64,000 nucleotides of DNA, from positions 2,581,721 to 2,645,720 of the forward strand of contig CM120648.1 of NCBI GenBank assembly GCA_051362555.1, written 5' to 3'. Both the position numbers and the translations under genes were made by a program. Positions 39,996 to 53,400 of this stretch are shown here, piece after piece. Every line of letters begins with the position of its first letter. The stretch's first letter is position 1. The notes below the pieces were generated by a model. It saw only the letters and a list, made by a program, of their open reading frames with translations. It searched no databases and was not told the DNA's origin. This DNA is from Lingula anatina (taxonomy: Eukaryota > Animalia > Brachiopoda).

Positions 39996-42323
39996 TTATT
40001 TTGACGAATACGTTTTGTTACCTCTAGGCTTTGTTGTGCGTCCACGACCTCGCATTGATTTAGAGCCCTTAACTCGGGACGCCTTGAGTTCCCTCTTTAC
40101 GGCAAAATTTGAGCCTTTTTCTTTACGTGGCGTTGACTTAATAACGCGCCCCGATGACTCTGTTATATTTATCTGAAAATGCACATGGATGCCAGATCTA
40201 GATGTTGGTTTCGGTTCGGGGACAGGTGGCCGACTTGAGAAGACAATGGGCCTTAGAGTTGTCGACGTAACTGTTGTAGTTGGCGGAGTTGTTGAAGTTC
40301 TCACTCTTGTGGTGGTTGGCCTTACTGTTGTTGTTGTAGTCATTTTGGTTATAGAATGTGAAGTAGGCCTGGGTGGTCTTCTGATGGTCGTTAATGCTAT
40401 GATGCATGGATTGTCGGCACACCGCTGTTTTTCTGATCTGGGACCTGACCGATTACAAGTGAAAAATCGTTGGTATGAATGGAGTTTTAACTTTACCTTA
40501 CACTATTCTGCCGGTCCTTTATAAAGGATATTGACATCACCGTTAGAATTTGGTTTCCAATAAATAGCGATATCTTGTAAAATTACATAGAATATAATGT
40601 TAAGCTCTCTTGAATAAAATTTGTAATATCAATGAAAAAAAAAGAAAAGGATAGGCATACCATATTTCAGTCAAAGCATGTGCATTTTATTATTATTTTT
40701 CAACAGTTAAATCTGGTCTTTCAATATCTTACCTTCACAAACCGGATACATTCGTGCTGTGGTCGCGTGCTTGCACGTGCGCGAACGTTCTCTCCATCCA
40801 CGCCCGCACGTGACCGAGCACGAGGACCAGCTTGACCAATGGGACCACGAGGACCAGTGAGAATCACGTCCCACGTGACCACCAGTGGCCGCAGAGTGTT
40901 TTGGACACTGAGCGGTAACGTTGCATTTCTGAGTATGTGTTATACCGTTACAGATTCCTGAAAAATAGCCAGTGATATTTTTTAGAATACGATGGCTTGT
41001 GAAATAGCAGATACTCCATTCTACTTCAAAAAAGTTTTTATTCTAAAATATGCTCATGGTGGGCACGTGCTCGCTTTCATTGATGCACTTGTACGCCGCA
41101 CTTTATCCAAGTTCCATTTAGTTTTCGTTTTTTCCCTTTTTTTTATATATATTGCAATATAAAAAGTTTTTAAAAATAATTAAGCAAATTAACTTCTCCA
41201 CAGCATAGAAAGCATAAAGGAGAGAAGAAGAAAATAAATCTTATTACGGAATTTGTAAATGTTTTGTGCAATCTGTATACAATTCAAGTCTTTTTTACTG
41301 AATTGCTGAAAATTAAAGGATAGGCATACCATATTTCAGTCAAAGCATGTGCATATTATTATTATCCAATCAAAACTACTCACATTTGTTACAATATTGT
41401 AATATTGACGAAGAAAGAGTAAAATGTTTTCAAAAAAATGGGTTATTTATGGTGTAATATTTATACAGGCGGTTAGCATAAGGATGTGTATTGGGATAGG
41501 AAATCTCACGTACTTGCCCTGACCGCCTGTCCGCAGGTGGCCGAGCATGTTGACCACACAGTGCAGCCATTTGACCGATGACTCGAGGCAGCCACTGAAA
41601 TATAAGTGGGACAACTCCTTACATATCATATACAGATTAAAGATGTATAAACAATTTTATATTCCTGGTATAGCTATGACTGTAAGTAAATGATAACTAG
41701 TTGCATCCTTCTCTCAGAGATCCGAAATGTTTTTTTTTTTTTTTTTTTTTTTTATGTATTCTATCATCAGGGCGTCTAATTTTAATTAACTTATTTGATT
41801 TGGTTTAGAAATTCGTGCATTTCAGGTTCTTAATGTCTTTGTATTGCTTTGTGTAAGAAACACCTCATTTCGTGTCTTGGCGTCATCACAATGATCAATA
41901 ATCAATGGGGTAAAAAGAGTTCAAGAAATAGGAAAAACAATATAAGCCATAAAAAATATTTGGATCAACCTAGGCTAAAATGAATCTTTTTCATCGAATA
42001 ATTCTACCAGCTAAATTAACTTCTTTGCAATTGAATTGTTATATTCATTTAACATATATTATATCACATTGCGACTTTTATTCTTAAGTACATGAGGTAA
42101 AAATTGTTAGAATCATTTTGCAATTCTTCATAAGCAATTCCTACAAATTCAGTTTTACCCATGTGAAAACGCCGCTGTATCACCTAACATTTGCATTTGC
42201 AAAGTCATATTTGAAACTAATGTAGATGAACCGCGTTTTTTGTTACTCCATGATAGTCCAATACTTACTTGATGATGAAATGGAAAAAATCAGGATGACC
42301 AATGAGACAGATATCCGTTTCAT
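39996..42323 (-). pseudogene. 3'-truncated duplicate of the TSP1 gene (could encode a 269-aa secreted form)
   Basis: Exons 42323-42269, 41594-41514, 40957-40733, 40444-39996 with intact splice sites. A 1-nt insertion near 40013-40016 gives TAA at 39998-39996; the last TSP1 and TM exons are absent. Confidence 0.75.
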
Positions 42324-42820
42324 GACCGTTTTTTTACTTGAATTCTACAGTAGTTAAATCTTTACAGAGACACGATTCCTCTATGTCGGATTTAGGACCA
42401 TTTTCGATGGACGCCAGTAACAAAAAGTGTTCATACATCATCCATTGGATGATAAACAGACGAATGAGCAACCCTGTAATCCTGGTTCTTCGGCAAAATT
42501 TAGCAGCGTTGAATATTAGAAAAGGAAACATTCTGCCAAGCGGCCATGTTGAATTCGTCCGTTACCACCGAGTGAGGCGTCATCCAATATGACGTAATAA
42601 GTGTCGCGCTTTGACGCCACGTGCGCGTGACGTAGGAAATAATTTGACGTCGTAGGAAGCTGCCATGGATACCAAACAGGCGATTCGAAAACATTTTAGA
42701 ACTTTGCGCTGTAGTTCTTCTATTTGTCGCGCTGAAGACATGGAAAAGAAATAGGAGCTTGAATATAGACCAGGATGCAACGCATTTACTTAAAGTTTGT
42801 ATATCTTTCCTAACAAACTA

Positions 42821-43429
42821 GACTCGCCCTTCAAGAAATCGACGCCTTCAAGAAATCGACGAAAACCGGAAGTGCGTGTTTTTTGCACTGTTTTTCCTGT
42901 CATGCCCATCGTAAACACTGTGTTGTCAAGTAAAACGAAGCGTCTGATACAAAGTATCAAACGCGGCATTCACGTGCTTGCTTGCGCTGCGTTCAGTACA
43001 CTTTGTTTACACTGACAAGTCGAGGTCAGGAATGCACAATGTTTTTCTATGTAATTACGCAGTTTCAATTTTGATTAGTGAATTTTCTTTTATCTGCATG
43101 GTCATTTTCCGAACATTTGTATGAGCCACGAAATATTTCTCATCGGAAAATCACACAGCAGCTTTCCAAGTAGAAGCGAGTGACGTCATGACGCACTTCC
43201 GGTTTTCGTCGAGATCTTGAAGGGATTAGCGTTACGGTTTGCTGCACATTTAAAGCGTTCTGTCTCAAAATGTACTCAACTGCTTGGATTGAAATTTACA
43301 AAACTTATTCTTCACATGATATCACACATATGTGCTTAATTTGAGAGCTTTAGCTGTTATATGTTTTCTACAGTGCCCATTCAAAATTGAAAAAGAGCTA
43401 TTTTCCGTCGATTTCTTGAAGGGCAAGTC
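42821..43429. mobile_element. 609-bp MITE with 24-bp TIRs and TA target duplication (Tc1/mariner-type)
   Basis: TA|GACTCGCCCTTCAAGAAATCGACG ... CGTCGATTTCTTGAAGGGCAAGTC|TA; absent at the homologous site of unit A (38201-38204). Confidence 0.88.
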
Positions 43430-44746
43430 TACAGTTTTTCAAAAACTCCATTTTACTTAATTCTTTGCACCAGGGATTAAATAAATTGTTTTTCTTCATT
43501 TAGGCCTTTACCACGAGTTTTATATCATAACTACACGCTTGGCAACGTAACATCAATGATCTTGTGTGATTAACTTTCCATATCAAAAATTACACATAAA
43601 CGAAAAAGACTTTTGGTTGCATAGTTTATTCTACAGTCAAAAAAATCAAACATCTATAAAAATGCATACCTAAAGTGATGTCTATCACAGGCGCTAGGAG
43701 TGAGAAAACCTTGGCACTCGCTATACATATACATATATATATATATATATATACATAAAAGAGAGAGATATGTGTAAACCAACGTGTATAGCCGGCATAC
43801 ACACCGTCCACCATAACATTAACTGCAATATGGATATATATGTAAAAACAGTTTACTACAGGAAATCTTGCCAAAACCTGCATCAACGGCATCAATTTAT
43901 CACACAGTGTGTCCTAACCTAACAGTATATCACCTTTAAAACTAGACCTGTTCCAAAACAACATGGTCGACCTCGACCAACCGTATATTATCCCAATATG
44001 TCCGACATTGTTCACTTATACCCAACACATTCAAATTACTGTCTTGTTTATAAGCAAAACATTTAAAATAAAAACACTCTTACAACATTTTCAAGTGACG
44101 TTAAACAGGGCATCGTCTCCTAAGAGAGATCTACGCTGTTCGTCTGCGAGCATTGTTGTATTCACAATCGATAAACATTCCAAATATTCTCAGTATGTAG
44201 CATGCGGGTGGAAAAAGCATACATTCAACGTAATACCCACTTAATCTGAATTAAAGAACCATTAAAATCTTCAGCAATTCACATAAAATTGTAAGTCAAA
44301 CATTTAAAGACTCTAGAAAATTCTAGAAAGAAATAGGAAGCCAATTCCCAAACAGATAAATAAGCACAATTGCAACCTTTTATACACATTAAGGGTGACA
44401 CTGAAGTACAGAAAACATGACCAATTTAATCAGGGACCACAAAAACAGCAGTTACAAGATGACAAATTCTGGGCAATGAGAAATAAAAATATTTTGTTTA
44501 ACACTGGTGACAATAAATTTCACATGCAAGATTGATATGTGCGCAATTTCTTAATAGAGGAAACAAACATAACTGATCTTCTATTATACTCAACAATCAG
44601 GAGAACAAAAATTTCCAAATGGTAACCACAACAAATATCATATGTAAAATACCAAAACAATGGCAAAATTTACTGTTCAATGATAAAGCAATATGGCAAA
44701 GAAATCTATCTCTATAAAATTAAATATTATGAAATACAAGCAGTTG

Positions 44747-44800
<54 letters not shown>

Positions 44801-44879
44801 TAAACTACAACAAAACTATTGCACATTTCTAAACAATAATGTATCACCCGATGCATTGCACTCCCAGTTGCACAGTGTG

Positions 44880-45212
44880 CTGTATATTTATATCAGCAGT
44901 GTAACATCATAATAGCAATGTGACATCACAACCAATGCTGTAAGTTATTGTGATATCATTTCAGCAGTATGACATTACAATCAGTGTTTTAAGTTACTTG
45001 TGACATCATCACAACAGTGTGACAAAATACAGTACTGAAAAAAAGTGACTTCCTTTGAAGGTGTGACATCATATCTGATGTCATAATGTCATGATCAAAG
45101 TGTGACATATTTTCAGTTCCAATGACATTTCTATTTGCGACTTCATATATTCCCAGCGACATGATGTCACAAAATGATGTCACACACTGTTGTAGTGTTC
45201 AAGATGTCACGC
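44880..45212. repeat. Degenerate TGTGACATCA-type minisatellite
   Basis: Many TGTGACAT / ATGTCAC variants spaced ~20-30 bp apart. Confidence 0.6.
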
Positions 45213-45981
45213 AAGTCTGGCATCAGTGTCTGGTCTCCCACCAGTGTTTGACTGAGACAAATTTTCATCTTCCACAACACCTAAATAGTGTTTGATTGTC
45301 AGTCACTGAAAACCAATTATTGAGAAAAACTGCTCATAACTTGGAGATTGCAAATACATCAAACTATGGTGTGTTTTTTTTCTTTTTTTTTTTTTTTTTA
45401 CATTTCTCCTGCATTTTATCATCAGTCCAATAGATCGTCAGTCAAGCCAGGAAGTTGGTATTAGTCCATGTTTTTCCTACCTCCTTTTTGAAGAGAAGCC
45501 TTGCGAGCAGGGGACATCTCCAATGGCATGAAAACCAGCAGCTTTAAGTCAATAGAACAACAATGAAATCTGACATTAAATCATCAAAGTCAAAATATTT
45601 GATATATCTCAGGGTTTTTTTTCCTACTGTAGTCCATACACAGCTGGACATATCTACAAACTATGTACCATCTGAGTGCTTTTCTATATTTGAGTCTTTC
45701 TTAAGATAAATATGTTCTTTTTTCTTTAATCATACCATTTAAAATTTCTAAACCAAGTTCTTTGGTCACACATTATCTGTGTACACATATGTAGGAGCCC
45801 ACACACAAGTATAAATCCACAAAATCCACACTGTGCCTAAATCTAGATCAATAAAAAATGCCAGCACAGTGAGTTTGACTGAAGATGGCAGCACTGTGCC
45901 TGTAGTATGTCATCTCAACCATAGGTGGCACTCCAATCCTGGCAGTGTTGTTACTAATCCCTTTCTGTTCTTCAGTCAACA

Positions 45982-46148
45982 CAGGCCCGTAGCCAGCAAT
46001 TTCAAAGGGGGGGTTCTTTTTCTGAAAAAGTGGACCTTTTACCATATAATTCCCATGTACCTAGGTCAAATTTTACCCAGAGTGGACCTTTTCCAGCAAA
46101 AAGGGGGGTTCTTTCGAACCCCCCGAACCCCCCCTGGCTACAGGCCTG
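45982..46148. mobile_element. 167-bp MITE with 5-bp target duplication
   Basis: CAACA|CAGGCCCGTAGCCAG ... CTGGCTACAGGCCTG|CAACA; a related degenerate copy lies at ~49917-50118. Confidence 0.75.
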
Positions 46149-47120
46149 CAACAAAATGAGTTTTCCACACCTCTAAATATCAGGGATGAGACTGCCATTT
46201 AGTTAAAAAGTCATATGGCTGCCTAGGCCAATAATATTTTTGACTCCCATAAAGTCAGAAATCTGCCGACAGTTAGAAAAAATCTCATCCCTGAACAAAG
46301 GAGTAAACCCGGTGAACTTGTGTGCATTGACTTCCAATCTGTGTCTAAATACTCACACATATAAACATCAAGTCTCGTTTGTGCTACAATGCTGTGATGG
46401 AGAACTGAGTATGGCTCCTGAGTTGCATGTTAACAACCTCGGTCCATCACCTACATCTAGCTCACACCATACCTAGAGAATTCACAAACTGAAAACCTGT
46501 CTTCAAAAATGTGAGGATAGTGTGACACACGTCATATGGTGACAATGTGACAAGGAAAACATCCAGGTACTTCTTCAGTAGGTGTCAAGTGTAGAAATGG
46601 AAAAGAAAATTCAATGTGACTCTGGGAAAATATCCTTTTCTTCTCTGGCCCGAGGCGCATCATACTGACGGTTATGAATGTGTAAACAAACTGTGGCACA
46701 ACAAATAAATAGTGTTAATTATCCCAGGAAAGTAAACATGTGCTTTGAGATATCCAGCACAAAACAAATAACAACCAAGGTCCTAGTAAGGAACTGCACT
46801 GCTGAAGGCCTGGACTAAAGGTTTTGGATATGCTGTCACTTACGACATCATTAAAAAGTCATTTTGTTCAAAGGTACAAGTAGATGACCAACTAAACGTG
46901 CCATGGCACTGAGAGAGAGTTCACTCACTCACACACACACTGGGAAACTTGCTGATCAATCTGTACAGTCTGTAAGTCCTCAGTGTCAGTTCAAATACAC
47001 AGACAAACCTGCAGATCAGCCAGTTTGAGAGATTTCTCCCTGGTGATTGTCACTTCACACAGTGAACAATGGCAGTGTATTTACAACAAAGTCCAAGACA
47101 ACCAGGCATGGTGCTCTATG

Positions 47121-47231
47121 TCAAGATAAAACACACACTTGATTTTGTCCGTCTTTTTTGGCTGCCAACATGGCTGCACGTGCGCTCTTGCGCTGTGGTT
47201 CTGGTCGAGGCTGCGCTTCCGGCTCTAGTCA
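47121..47231 (-). other. Predicted stop-codon readthrough extension of Kv-beta ending in a CaaX box
   Basis: TGA CTA G context, then LEPEAQPRPEPQRKSARAAMLAAKKDGQNQVCVLS and TGA at 47123-47121. Confidence 0.75.
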
Positions 47232-47384
47232 CCTGTCCCGAGGCTCTTTCTTATACGTGGGGCGGTTGCCGAGGACCTTATCTAGGTCAGCCAAGATGGG
47301 AGGCGTCAGTTTTGGGATGACCTAGCGAGTGACACACACAAAATAAAAGATATCAAAATAGTTTTGGGATGACATAGAAAGTGA

Positions 47385-47417
<33 letters not shown>

Positions 47418-50400
47418 ATAATACTTCTATCACGTGACATTATTGAACTTTATCATCTACCTTACTACCAATAATGAAGGAGAAACTCTCTTTATAAATA
47501 TCTATCACAGTGTGTTAGATGTGACTGTACTGGATGTGTTAGGTGAGATGTTACCTGCAATGCCTGGATATCTTCGTACAATTGATCCACAGAAGCTGCT
47601 CCCAGCAACACACACTGAACATTCTCATTCTTCAAACACCAAGCTACAAATACAGTGACACATACTGCATAAACATAGCACTGGATGGGAGCTCAATCTG
47701 AACTTAGATAAATTAGGCATATAGGCAACTGATTAAGTTTGAAATCTCTTTATTGCTATCTATTAAACTTCTGGTCCACATCTGACCACATTAAATTAAA
47801 TCAAAATAAAGAGAAAGAAAGAAAAGAAGTTTATTTTTCAGTTTTTTTTTTACAATTTTAAATATTAAAATATATATGTATTCAGGCATCTCACCAATAG
47901 ACAGCTGGGCTAGTGTACATCCCAGTTTGTCTGCAATCCCTGCCACCTCTCTCAGCTTAGACTGCTGTCTTCTCCCCTCCTCACATAGAATCTTATCTTT
48001 CAGCCAGCCATAACCCTGCAAGACATATTGTATTGTAAAACTGTGTGTATGTGTGCATGCCTGCGTGCGTGCATGTGTGAAAAGCCATAGCCGAGCAAGA
48101 CACGTTGTATTGTACACAGGTGTGTGTGAATGTGTGCATGCAAGTATAATTGCATGCATGCTTGTGAGCTTGTTTAATGCACCTTTTAAGATTAAAAAAA
48201 AAAAAAAAAAAAACAATAATTCTCATATCTCATAACCAGACGTCTCATTGTCAATCTGTCTTGTAACAGTGTGCCTCCACTTACCTTGGTGGCTGCTCTG
48301 GAGTAGATGGGCACTCCATCATCATATTTCCCAGTCAGAATACCACAAGCTAGAGGAGACCAGGTCATGGTACCTATACCTGGAGACACAATGACTTTAT
48401 AACTGATTCAGATGTAAAATAATAATAATAATAATAAATAAATAAATATGTAAATAAATAAATAAAAAACAATTCATGAATGCACCCATTAATTTGCTTT
48501 GAATTTCTAAAAGGTAGCAAATCAAACACTGGAACCGCATTTCTTGGACTGACTTTGGAATTTTGATTTTTTAATTGGCCACAACAGGGACGATACAATA
48601 AACCTTGTGTATTGTTCCAGCGCCATAAAGTAGTAGGCAGTGAATTTAAAATTTTTAAAATACTCAGTGGATTGGTGCATTTTTTTCTCCACTAGATGTC
48701 CATTTGTTACCTATTTTGTTGTACAGCTCTGGCATGCTTAGTTCCACTTTTTCACGCTGGAACAGGTGATACTCCGCCTGCTCTGCAATTGGTGGAATCA
48801 AGTTGAACTGACGGGCCACAGAGTGGGCTTCCTGAAGAGAAAATTGGACAATTAATTTTTTTATCTGAAACAATCAAGTGTGTACAAATTAGGCATAAGT
48901 AAAAGAAAGCAGGCACATCTACCTCACTGTCGCATCCACCACACTGTCACACCTAACGCAATATCACACTTTACACACTGTCACATCATACTTAACTAAC
49001 TGCCACAGCTAACACACTGTCACACCCAACACATTGTCACAGCTAAACACAGTCACACCTACCACAATATTACAGCTAACACACTGTCACACCTAACACA
49101 TTGTCACAGCTAACATGGTCACATCTACCACAATGTACCAGCTAATACAGTCACATCTAACACACAGTCACACCTACCACAATGTCACAGCTATCACACT
49201 ATTACTTACCATAATCTCCATGGCATTCCACCTGGATGTTCCCCAGTACATAGCCCAGCCCTGATTGATCACATGAGTGAAAGCACGCACAATTTCTGGA
49301 AAAATGAGACATCAAACAATCACTTTTTATCACCAACTATGTCTCATTCACTTCCAAACCTACTGAAAAGACAAACGACACAGCCAAATATTCGTAGGGT
49401 TTCGGTGGAGGAAAACAAACAAATAAATTATTCAAGGTCAAGTTCACATTCATCATTTCCAGATGAGTCATTTGAGAAAATCACATGCACAGAAAATATG
49501 ACCATAAGAAAACGAGTTAAAGTGTAAGTGTCATGCATTGTGCTGGGACCCTATGGGAAATGATAAAAAAGATTTACAATAAAATGCATCATTAACATAA
49601 GCCACTGATGAAGTGTTATTTTGTGTCTTCAAAATCAATTAACATATCATTATGCATGCAAGAAATGAGATCTCTGAGAGTCTCCAGACTATTTTTTTTT
49701 TTCAAATTACAGTAATATATCACAAAAATATAATTGTAATCCTTGGCTAAAACCAGCCCAAGGCTTTATATATACAGTGGCAAATAGTAATAAAGAATAA
49801 AAAATAATCAAATATGATTGGTAAAAATGACTATCCTAGGGAATAACTATAAAGTTGAAAAGGTAAAGGTCAGCAAACATACATATACTTGAAATCTAAA
49901 AGGTGCTAGTATAGTGCAGGCTCGTAGAAAAGGGGGGGGGGGGGTAGGTTAAGAGCATTTTAGGGAACCCCCCTTTCAGTGAGGGAAAAGGTCAGCTCTG
50001 AATCAAAATTTGATCTAAGTTCCATGTCACTTATCAAATGCAAGTGGAATCAACAAAGGTCCATTTTTAAAAGAAAAAGACCCCTCCCCCTTATTGAAAT
50101 TGCTGGCTACAGATCTGTAGAAACCAATACAGTACCATGGCCAGCAGTGGACCTGTGTACAGAGGCTATTCTGTAGGCCCTTATTGAGACTAGACTGTGC
50201 TATGACGTATATAGGAGAGTGTTATCAGTAAATACATATCAATGAAAAGATAAGGTATGTAACTTACAAAAATACATAGTGAAACAGACCAAGATCAAGA
50301 TCAAAGTCAAAACATATCCTTTGTCACAGGTCAGTGCAAACATAATTCACAAATATATACAATATTTCATCAGTTTCAACCAAAGAGCTACAGGACTGTG

Positions 50401-53400
50401 GTAGACACGGACACACAGGACACTGCTACTGTAGTTTTTCTAGTTCCAGAGTTCTGAGCGGTGGTTACTCCCTGCTTAATGCCCCTATTTCACACAGACC
50501 ACGAATCCCATGAATCACCAGGAATTGACAAATATCAGGATTCTTGGTTAAATCGTAATCAGTTCGTGAAGTTCTTAACAGATTCGTATATATTCGTGGT
50601 CAGTTCTTGCAATTCTTGATCAATCATGATTACGATTCAACCACGAATCCTGAAATTTCACTAGTGGGCTGGATTTGGTCTTAAAGTGAAATTTAAAAAC
50701 ACTAGTGATCTTACATGATCTTAACCATTACAGCAGTAGTCTTAAAATGGACTGAATCTGCTTTTAAGTTCAATAATGATCTAACGTGTACTTAAGTGGT
50801 CAAGCAGTTTCCTCCCCTCACAATAGAGGACACCTCTGCTCACAATGGGAGAATGTGTAAGGGTGTAAAGGGAGACAACTTATTGGCTGTTAGGCCAGAA
50901 ATGGTCTTACTCATGGTTTAAGATCATGTAAGACTATTTGTAATCTTAAATTGCACTTTAAGACCAAATCAAGCCCACTAGTGTTTGTCAATTCCTGGCG
51001 ATTTGCAGGATTCGTGGTCTATGTGAAATAGGGGTATAACGGAGAATACAAGCACCATCAGTACTCAGGAATGGCAAGTTAAAGATGACACAACACCCAA
51101 TAAATGGAAAAAAAGCTGACGTTTACAAGAACACTGATGGGAGATTTTATTTTGGGATGAAAGAGGAACTGTCCACAGTTTTACTCAAAGCCTATTCCCA
51201 TGAATAGTTTTATTCCGTATATGATACTTCATAATTAGCAAGAGCACTAACTTCTGAAGTTTTTTTTTTTTACTATTATAAAATAATCATTAAGTGAAGG
51301 TGGCCTTGTCCCCAGATACAATATTTCCCAGTCAATCTGAAGATTAAATAAAATTAATCTGACATTCATATAATTATACCTGTATAAATGCTTTTAAGTT
51401 TTCATTGTTGAATAGCATCAGCTTTTTGATTGGTGTGAAGGGGCACTCAAACACAAACAATATAATTTAACCATTTATCCCTAAGACAATTTTCCTGGTT
51501 TGTTTTACTATAAAATATATATTCTATGATAATCCCAACTCCAAGTTCTAAACTCGTGTTTCTAATGTTTTTCACATTTTATCAATGAAACATCATGTGA
51601 AACAAAATGTGATTTTTAATATTCAATTTTGCTTAAAGTAACAGGGAAATGTGATATACTCTTGACTTGGTTGGGTTTAAGTTTGTGTCTAAATACACCT
51701 TCAATAACTGATAAATGACATTTCATTGTGGGTGTGTCTCTTTAACTCTAAGACTATAACACTGCAGTGACACACACGAATTTATCAATGCCAGGAGGAA
51801 ACTGAAAGAAAAAAAAAGATCAATAAATGATAAAATATCAAATCATAAAAATCACTCAACAAAATCTTGTAATAACAGCAGTAGCTGAGAAATAAAAAAA
51901 AAAGAAGAAGAAACAGTTTATATCCTGTCACCGTAAAACCCTGCTTGCTTGCCGTTGTCTGCCATGACAGTTTTTCTCAAGCAGGGCACGACGTACCTTC
52001 CATGTATCGCGGAAACCGAAGCTCCTGGTGTGTCATCTCCCCAGAGACGCTACTATTGGAGCTCCCTTGGGCATATCTATATGCTTCTGCAAGTGCAAAA
52101 AAAATTTTCGGAGGCTAACAAAGACGGAGGAAGGCTACCACATGGTTAACACACATGCGCATGCCTGCACGATCAACAGACCTTTGCAAAAGGAGACATT
52201 CTGAATTGCAAATGAATCTTTACTGCCATTGCAATGCACATGCATATGTTAATAACACAATTGGTTTGACTGCGCAGCATCTACAAGACAAACTGCAGTT
52301 AAAGCTGTGAATACCTGAATGATTCTTTCCCACAAGGAATTTTCCTATTTTTATGCCAGAAAATTAGTTTTCCTTAGAAGGACTGCATGTTCATCTTCAG
52401 ACGTTTCACAGTATAGGGTAATAATACTTGCATACATACATACAAACAAACATATGTTATAATTCAAGCAAAACATGGTTTTTAACAATTAACAGAAGGC
52501 AACAGGTTTGGGGCTGGGGGGGGGGGGGGGTTTACTAGAAGCAAAATGACACTAATCTTTCACAGATTCAAATCATTGAACATGATAACAGTGCAGGCTG
52601 ACCGAGAAGGAGGCAGTTCAGGACGATGGGATCAAGTGTGAGGTACACATTCCTGAAACAGAACTGGGATAAAGATTTGTTTTTTACTTCATCAGGGGAG
52701 TCATGACATTGATTACACACAATCCGTAAGTACATTGAACAGTCAGTTCTGATGACACCACAAACTTATTGAGAAAAATAAAATACAAGTCCATTAGTGC
52801 CATTCTACCACCCCAGCTATCATTTGTCGACTTACTGAGATCTCTACATGACAACTGCTGAGTCTTGTTTTAAAAAAAGCAATCATAAATTCCTACTATA
52901 CACTGACACCCGCAGACAGATATATTTTACCTTACAGGATCATCAATGCCAGACAGGAAATGTCTCGATACATTGTAACACATCGGCTGATCACCATGGA
53001 AACCTCTACTTTATTACCTTCCTTCCAGTGAAATCTTAGGACTCATTCCCAATGAAATTGTCATTCTACGTAGATCGATCCAACTCAATGGGGACTCTTG
53101 CTGAATGAAACAGTTTAACGTATTTACGTGCCTCATCCTAACATCTTTCTTCTTCAGCCAATTATCACCCCCCCCCAAAAAAAAAAAAAAATTGCCTCAC
53201 ACTTGCCCACAAAGTACCTAGATATTTCATCCTTTCACCTCTCCAACCCCTATACTCCCCCCCCCCAAAAAAAAAAAAAAAAATTACCCTCCCCCCCCTC
53301 CCCTTTCACTTTGACCCACCTTCCATGGGTGTCTGCACATCTGGTTTATTGGCAAACACGATGTCCACGTACTCCAGCTGTAGTCTCTCCAGGGACCCCT

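Larger units (their letters stand above)
39918..44600. repeat. Tandem segmental duplication, unit B (4.7 kb)
   Basis: Junction CAACAATCAG|CTGCCGAACCC at 39917/39918; similarity ends at CAACAATCAG 44600. The ORF track shows paired ORFs (35560/40189, 36809/41447, 37719/42334). Confidence 0.93.

Noticed and set aside
47229-47231. Selenocysteine or alternative-splicing explanation for the Kv-beta TGA
   Set aside because: Kv-beta homologs end at about this position, I could not identify a SECIS by eye, GTGACTAG is far too short to be an intron, and using the TAG as an acceptor gives a different frame without the CaaX.
48985-49200. Spaced repeats as a CRISPR-like array (also 59102-59302 and 44880-45212)
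   Set aside because: Degenerate tandem units without unique spacers, no cas genes, eukaryotic intron/UTR context.
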